Shown here piece after piece: positions 61,026 to 64,000 of a stretch of DNA of 64,000 bases (within the stretch, counting starts at the first letter, position 1; each line of letters starts with the position of its first letter). The DNA lies in assembly GCA_045615665.1 (NCBI GenBank), contig JAZLFJ010000008.1, forward strand, positions 5,254 through 69,253, written 5' to 3'. The position numbers and the translations under genes were made by a program. This DNA comes from Bacilli bacterium (lineage in GTDB: Bacteria; Bacillota_I; Bacilli_A; RFN20; CAG-826). The notes beneath the pieces are model-generated. The model was not told the DNA's origin and ran no database searches. It worked only from the letters and a program-made list of their open reading frames with translations.

Positions 61026-61574
61026 ATGTCAAGAATAGGTTTAAAAGAAATTACGCTCCCAGCTGGAGTTAGCCTTGAAGTCGCTAATGGAGTCGCTACT
61101 GCCAAAGGTCCAAAAGGTAGCCTTGAAGTCAAAATTCCAGAAGTGATCAAAGTTAATGTTGAAGGTACCAGCGTTAAATGCACCCGTACTAATGAAGAAA
61201 AACATACCAAACAACTTCATGGTACAACTCGCGCTAACCTTCAAGATGCCGTTACAGGTGTCGCCACAGGTTTCAAAAAGGAACTTGTAATTGTTGGTAT
61301 TGGTTATAGATGCCAAATGAGAGGAGAAAACATCGTCATGAACGTTGGCTATTCTCACGAAATTGTCATCAAACCAGGACGCACAGTCAAAATCTCTTGT
61401 CCATCCGCTACTGAAGTAGTAGTCGAAGGACTCGATAAACAAGCAGTTGGTCAAACTGCAGCCTTAATTCGTGGTACACGCGAACCAGAACCATATAACG
61501 GAAAAGGTGTCATGTACAAAGGTGAACACATCATCCGTAAGGAAGGTAAACGTGCTGCCTCTGGCGGTAAGTAA
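61026..61574 (+). CDS. rplF: 50S ribosomal protein L6
   Basis: Starts MSRIGLKEITLPAGV. The ORF-track start at 61014 is a TTG overlapping rpsH. Confidence 0.95.
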   Translation: MSRIGLKEITLPAGVSLEVANGVATAKGPKGSLEVKIPEVIKVNVEGTSVKCTRTNEEKHTKQLHGTTRANLQDAVTGVATGFKKELVIVGIGYRCQMRGENIVMNVGYSHEIVIKPGRTVKISCPSATEVVVEGLDKQAVGQTAALIRGTREPEPYNGKGVMYKGEHIIRKEGKRAASGGK

Positions 61575-61590
61575 AATGGAGGTTTCCTAA

Positions 61591-61944
61591 ATGAAAAAAG
61601 AATCTAAAAATGCAGTTCGTGTTCGTAAACACGCTCGTGTTAGAGCCAAAATCAGTGGTACCTCTTCTTGCCCAAGACTCGTGGTATTCCGCTCCAATAA
61701 ACATATTGAGGCTCAAATCATCGATGATGTTAAAGGTGTTACATTAGTTAGTGCCTCTAGCGTCCAATTAAAACTTAGCAATGGTGGTAATGTCGAAGGC
61801 GCCAAAGTTGTTGGAGCTAAGATTGCCGAAGTTGCTAAAGCAAAGAAAATTTCAAAAGTCGTCTTCGATAGAGGTGGTTATCTCTATCATGGTCGCGTCG
61901 CTGCTCTAGCGGACGCTGCTAGAGAAGGCGGGCTCAAGTTCTAA
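61591..61944 (+). CDS. rplR: 50S ribosomal protein L18
   Basis: 117 aa with [13 protein letters not shown] and [12 protein letters not shown]. Confidence 0.95.
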   Translation: MKKESKNAVRVRKHARVRAKISGTSSCPRLVVFRSNKHIEAQIIDDVKGVTLVSASSVQLKLSNGGNVEGAKVVGAKIAEVAKAKKISKVVFDRGGYLYHGRVAALADAAREGGLKF

Positions 61945-61955
61945 GGAGAAAAACA

Positions 61956-62603
61956 ATGGAAGAAGAAAAGAAAGTTGAAGCTCCAGCAACTGCTGAAGCA
62001 AAAGTCGAAAAAGCTCCTGAAGTTGCTCCTAATGAACAACCAAGAGCTAACCGTCCACAAGGTGAACGTCCACATGGTGATCGTCCACATGGAAAACGTG
62101 GTGATCGTCCACAAAGACGTCCAAGAAGCGAAGAACCAAAAGAATACGAAGAAGTCGTCGTCGAAATCAATCGTATCGCTAAAACCGTTAAAGGTGGTCG
62201 CAAAATGCGTTTCTCCGCTTTAGTGGTCATTGGTAATAAGAAGGGCAAATATGGTTTTGGTACTGGTAAGGCAGCCGAAGTCCCAGATGCAATTAAGAAA
62301 GCCCTTGAAGCTGCTAAGAGAAACACTTACGAAATTCATGTCGTTAAGGGTGATACCCTCTCCCATGAAGTCATCGGTAAATTCGGTGCTTGTAGTGTCT
62401 TCTTAAAACCAGCTCCTGAAGGTACCGGAATCATCGCTGGTGGTCCAGTCCGTGCTATTCTTGAACTCGCAGGTGTCCGTAACGTCACCTCCAAAGTCTA
62501 TGGCAGCCGTGCTCCTATCAACATCATCCGTGCCGCTCATAATGGTTTATCAAACCTCAAATCCTATAAACAAGTGCAAGCACTTCGTGCTAAAGCCGAA
62601 TAA
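61956..62603 (+). CDS. rpsE: 30S ribosomal protein S5 with a ~63-aa N-terminal extension containing RPxGx repeats
   Basis: 215 aa. The S5 core starts near [27 protein letters not shown], and the extension is at 61956-62144. Confidence 0.95.
   Translation: MEEEKKVEAPATAEAKVEKAPEVAPNEQPRANRPQGERPHGDRPHGKRGDRPQRRPRSEEPKEYEEVVVEINRIAKTVKGGRKMRFSALVVIGNKKGKYGFGTGKAAEVPDAIKKALEAAKRNTYEIHVVKGDTLSHEVIGKFGACSVFLKPAPEGTGIIAGGPVRAILELAGVRNVTSKVYGSRAPINIIRAAHNGLSNLKSYKQVQALRAKAE
62052..62126 (+). repeat. Tandem 15-nt coding repeats CGTCCACAnGGnGAn ([15 protein letters not shown]) plus truncated units
   Basis: Full units lie at 62052-62066, 62067-62081 and 62082-62096. They are followed by RGD, RPQR and RPR units, ending at 62126. 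Confidence 0.8.
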
Positions 62604-62617
62604 GGAGGATCTGGACT

Positions 62618-63058
62618 ATGGAATTACATAATTTAGAAAATGTTAAAGGTGCGAAGACCAAAGCATACCGTAAAGGTAGAGGCTTAGGTTCAGGTAACGG
62701 TAAGAACGCCGGCACCGGTAACAAAGGTCAAAAATCACGTTCTGGTGGTTTGAAAGCTCCTGGATTTGAAGGTGGACAAACCCCACTTTATCGTCGTTTA
62801 CCAAAATTTGGTTTTACAAATAACAGCCATAAAGAATATGCTATTGTTAACATTTCCTCATTAAATGGTTTTAAAGAAGGCACAGTGGTTACACCAGCCC
62901 TCTTAATCGAAGCCGGTTTAGTGAAGAAAGAATATGATGGAGTGAAAATCCTTGGTAATGGCGAACTCAAAGTTAAACTTACAGTTCAAGCCAGCAAGTT
63001 CTCTAAGTCCGCTATTGCTGCTATTGAAAAATTAGGTGGCAAAGCCGAGGTAATCTAA
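62618..63058 (+). CDS. rplO: 50S ribosomal protein L15
   Basis: 146 aa with [25 protein letters not shown]. It follows rpsE directly, with no rpmD between them. Confidence 0.95.
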   Translation: MELHNLENVKGAKTKAYRKGRGLGSGNGKNAGTGNKGQKSRSGGLKAPGFEGGQTPLYRRLPKFGFTNNSHKEYAIVNISSLNGFKEGTVVTPALLIEAGLVKKEYDGVKILGNGELKVKLTVQASKFSKSAIAAIEKLGGKAEVI

Positions 63059-63060
63059 GC

Positions 63061-64000
63061 ATGAAGAAAATCGCCTCAATCTTTAAAAACAAAGAAATTG
63101 TTAATCGTATCTTCTTTACGATCGCGATTTTGTTTGTTATCAGAATTGGTGCGGCGATTACGGTGCCAGGTGTTACCGTTAGTGGTGATTTGGCTGATGC
63201 TATGAAGAGTGCGAATGCGGTTTCACTCATGGACCTTCTAGGTGGTGGAGCATTGCAGAACTTCTCAATCTTCGCCCTAGGCGTCTCCCCATATATTACA
63301 GCTCAAATCATCATTCAATTATTACAAAAGGATGTTCTTCCAGCCTTGACCGAATTATCTAAACAAGGTCAATACGGTAGGAAGAAAACTGAGATGGCAA
63401 CACGTTATCTCACCCTTATGCTTGGCGCTGTACAAGCTTATGGCATCATAAGAACCATGGAAAATAGTGAATATATCACTGTTAACATGGAACTCAATTT
63501 CTGGTCCTATGCCTACATTATCGTCATCCTCCTCGCTGGTGCGATGACCGTCATGTGGCTCGGTGACCAAATTACAGAGAAAGGTTTAGGAAATGGTATT
63601 TCCGTCGTCATCTTCGCTGGTATCGTAAGATCGCTTCCAATTCAAATTGGTTCCGCAGCGAATATGTGGATCGGCACTAACTATAAGGAGTCGAGCGAAC
63701 TTATCAAAGGTTCAGTTCAATTTGCCCTTTATATCCTAGCGTTCATCCTCATCCTAGCCTTCGTTGTATTCATTGAACTTGCGAAGAGAAAAATTCCAGT
63801 TCAACACTCTGGCAAAAGTGGTGGTCAAACCGCTTCTATGGCCAAAGCAAGCTTCCTTCCAATCAAGGTCAACTCAGCTGGAGTTATTCCTGTCATCTTC
63901 GCTTCTTCAATCTTGATGGCACCATCCATCATCGCATCGTTTATTACAACCGATGCTCCTGAATGGTTAAAGATCTTCTCTTATTCAGAGATGGTCGACA
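63061..64000 (+). CDS. secY: Preprotein translocase subunit SecY (3'-truncated by the window end)
   Basis: My manual translation from the ATG at 63061 is MKKIASIFKNKEIVNRIFFTIAILFVIRIGAAITVPGV...GGGALQNFSIFALGVSPYITAQIIIQLL. The frame is open to the window end. It is absent from the ORF track because it has no stop. Confidence 0.93.
   Translation, partial: MKKIASIFKNKEIVNRIFFTIAILFVIRIGAAITVPGVTVSGDLADAMKSANAVSLMDLLGGGALQNFSIFALGVSPYITAQIIIQLLQKDVLPALTELSKQGQYGRKKTEMATRYLTLMLGAVQAYGIIRTMENSEYITVNMELNFWSYAYIIVILLAGAMTVMWLGDQITEKGLGNGISVVIFAGIVRSLPIQIGSAANMWIGTNYKESSELIKGSVQFALYILAFILILAFVVFIELAKRKIPVQHSGKSGGQTASMAKASFLPIKVNSAGVIPVIFASSILMAPSIIASFITTDAPEWLKIFSYSEMVD

Overview
AT-rich, gene-dense bacterial chromosome read in the standard code. 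TGA acts as a stop (e.g. the pcrA/ligA ATGA overlap and the prs stop), so this is not a code-4 Mycoplasma or Spiroplasma. Gene content looks like a low-GC Bacillota/Mycoplasmatota-type anaerobe: class III RNR, lipoproteins with Ser/Thr-rich linkers, and many promoters of the TGnTATAAT type. The window is almost entirely core housekeeping:
- three glycosyltransferases, ung, and a TPP riboswitch with thiT
- tsaE-tsaB-rimI-tsaD, asnS, pcrA-ligA-gatCAB-galE, and a phosphosugar mutase
- nrdD/nrdG, folD, a heterodimeric ABC exporter pair, and eno
- peptidases, add, gpmA, prs, tgt-queA-queH, and a tandem acyltransferase
- the S10-spc ribosomal protein operon from rpsJ to a 3'-truncated secY

I saw no rRNA, tRNA, CRISPR array, transposase, integrase or recognisable defence system.

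The observations most worth a second look are:
1. NrdD carries a fused C-terminal thioredoxin-fold domain (CPNC). It is followed 1 nt later by a thioredoxin-reductase-like flavoprotein that keeps CAVC but lacks the NADPH-binding GGGxxA/HRRxxxR signatures. This may be a pyridine-nucleotide-independent reductant chain for the class III RNR.
2. Five ribosomal proteins (L3, L22, S17, L5, S5) carry 60-85 aa Lys/Ala/Glu/Pro-rich extensions. L22 and L5 share an identical [10 protein letters not shown] start, and L30 is absent from the operon.
3. A 'dark' membrane island at 11956-14585 contains a CxxC lipoprotein placed divergently from a polytopic protein whose only cysteines are two vicinal pairs.
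4. A TATAAT-N6/7-ATG arrangement recurs and suggests leaderless mRNAs.

All functional calls come from motif and family recognition by eye. No database search was run.
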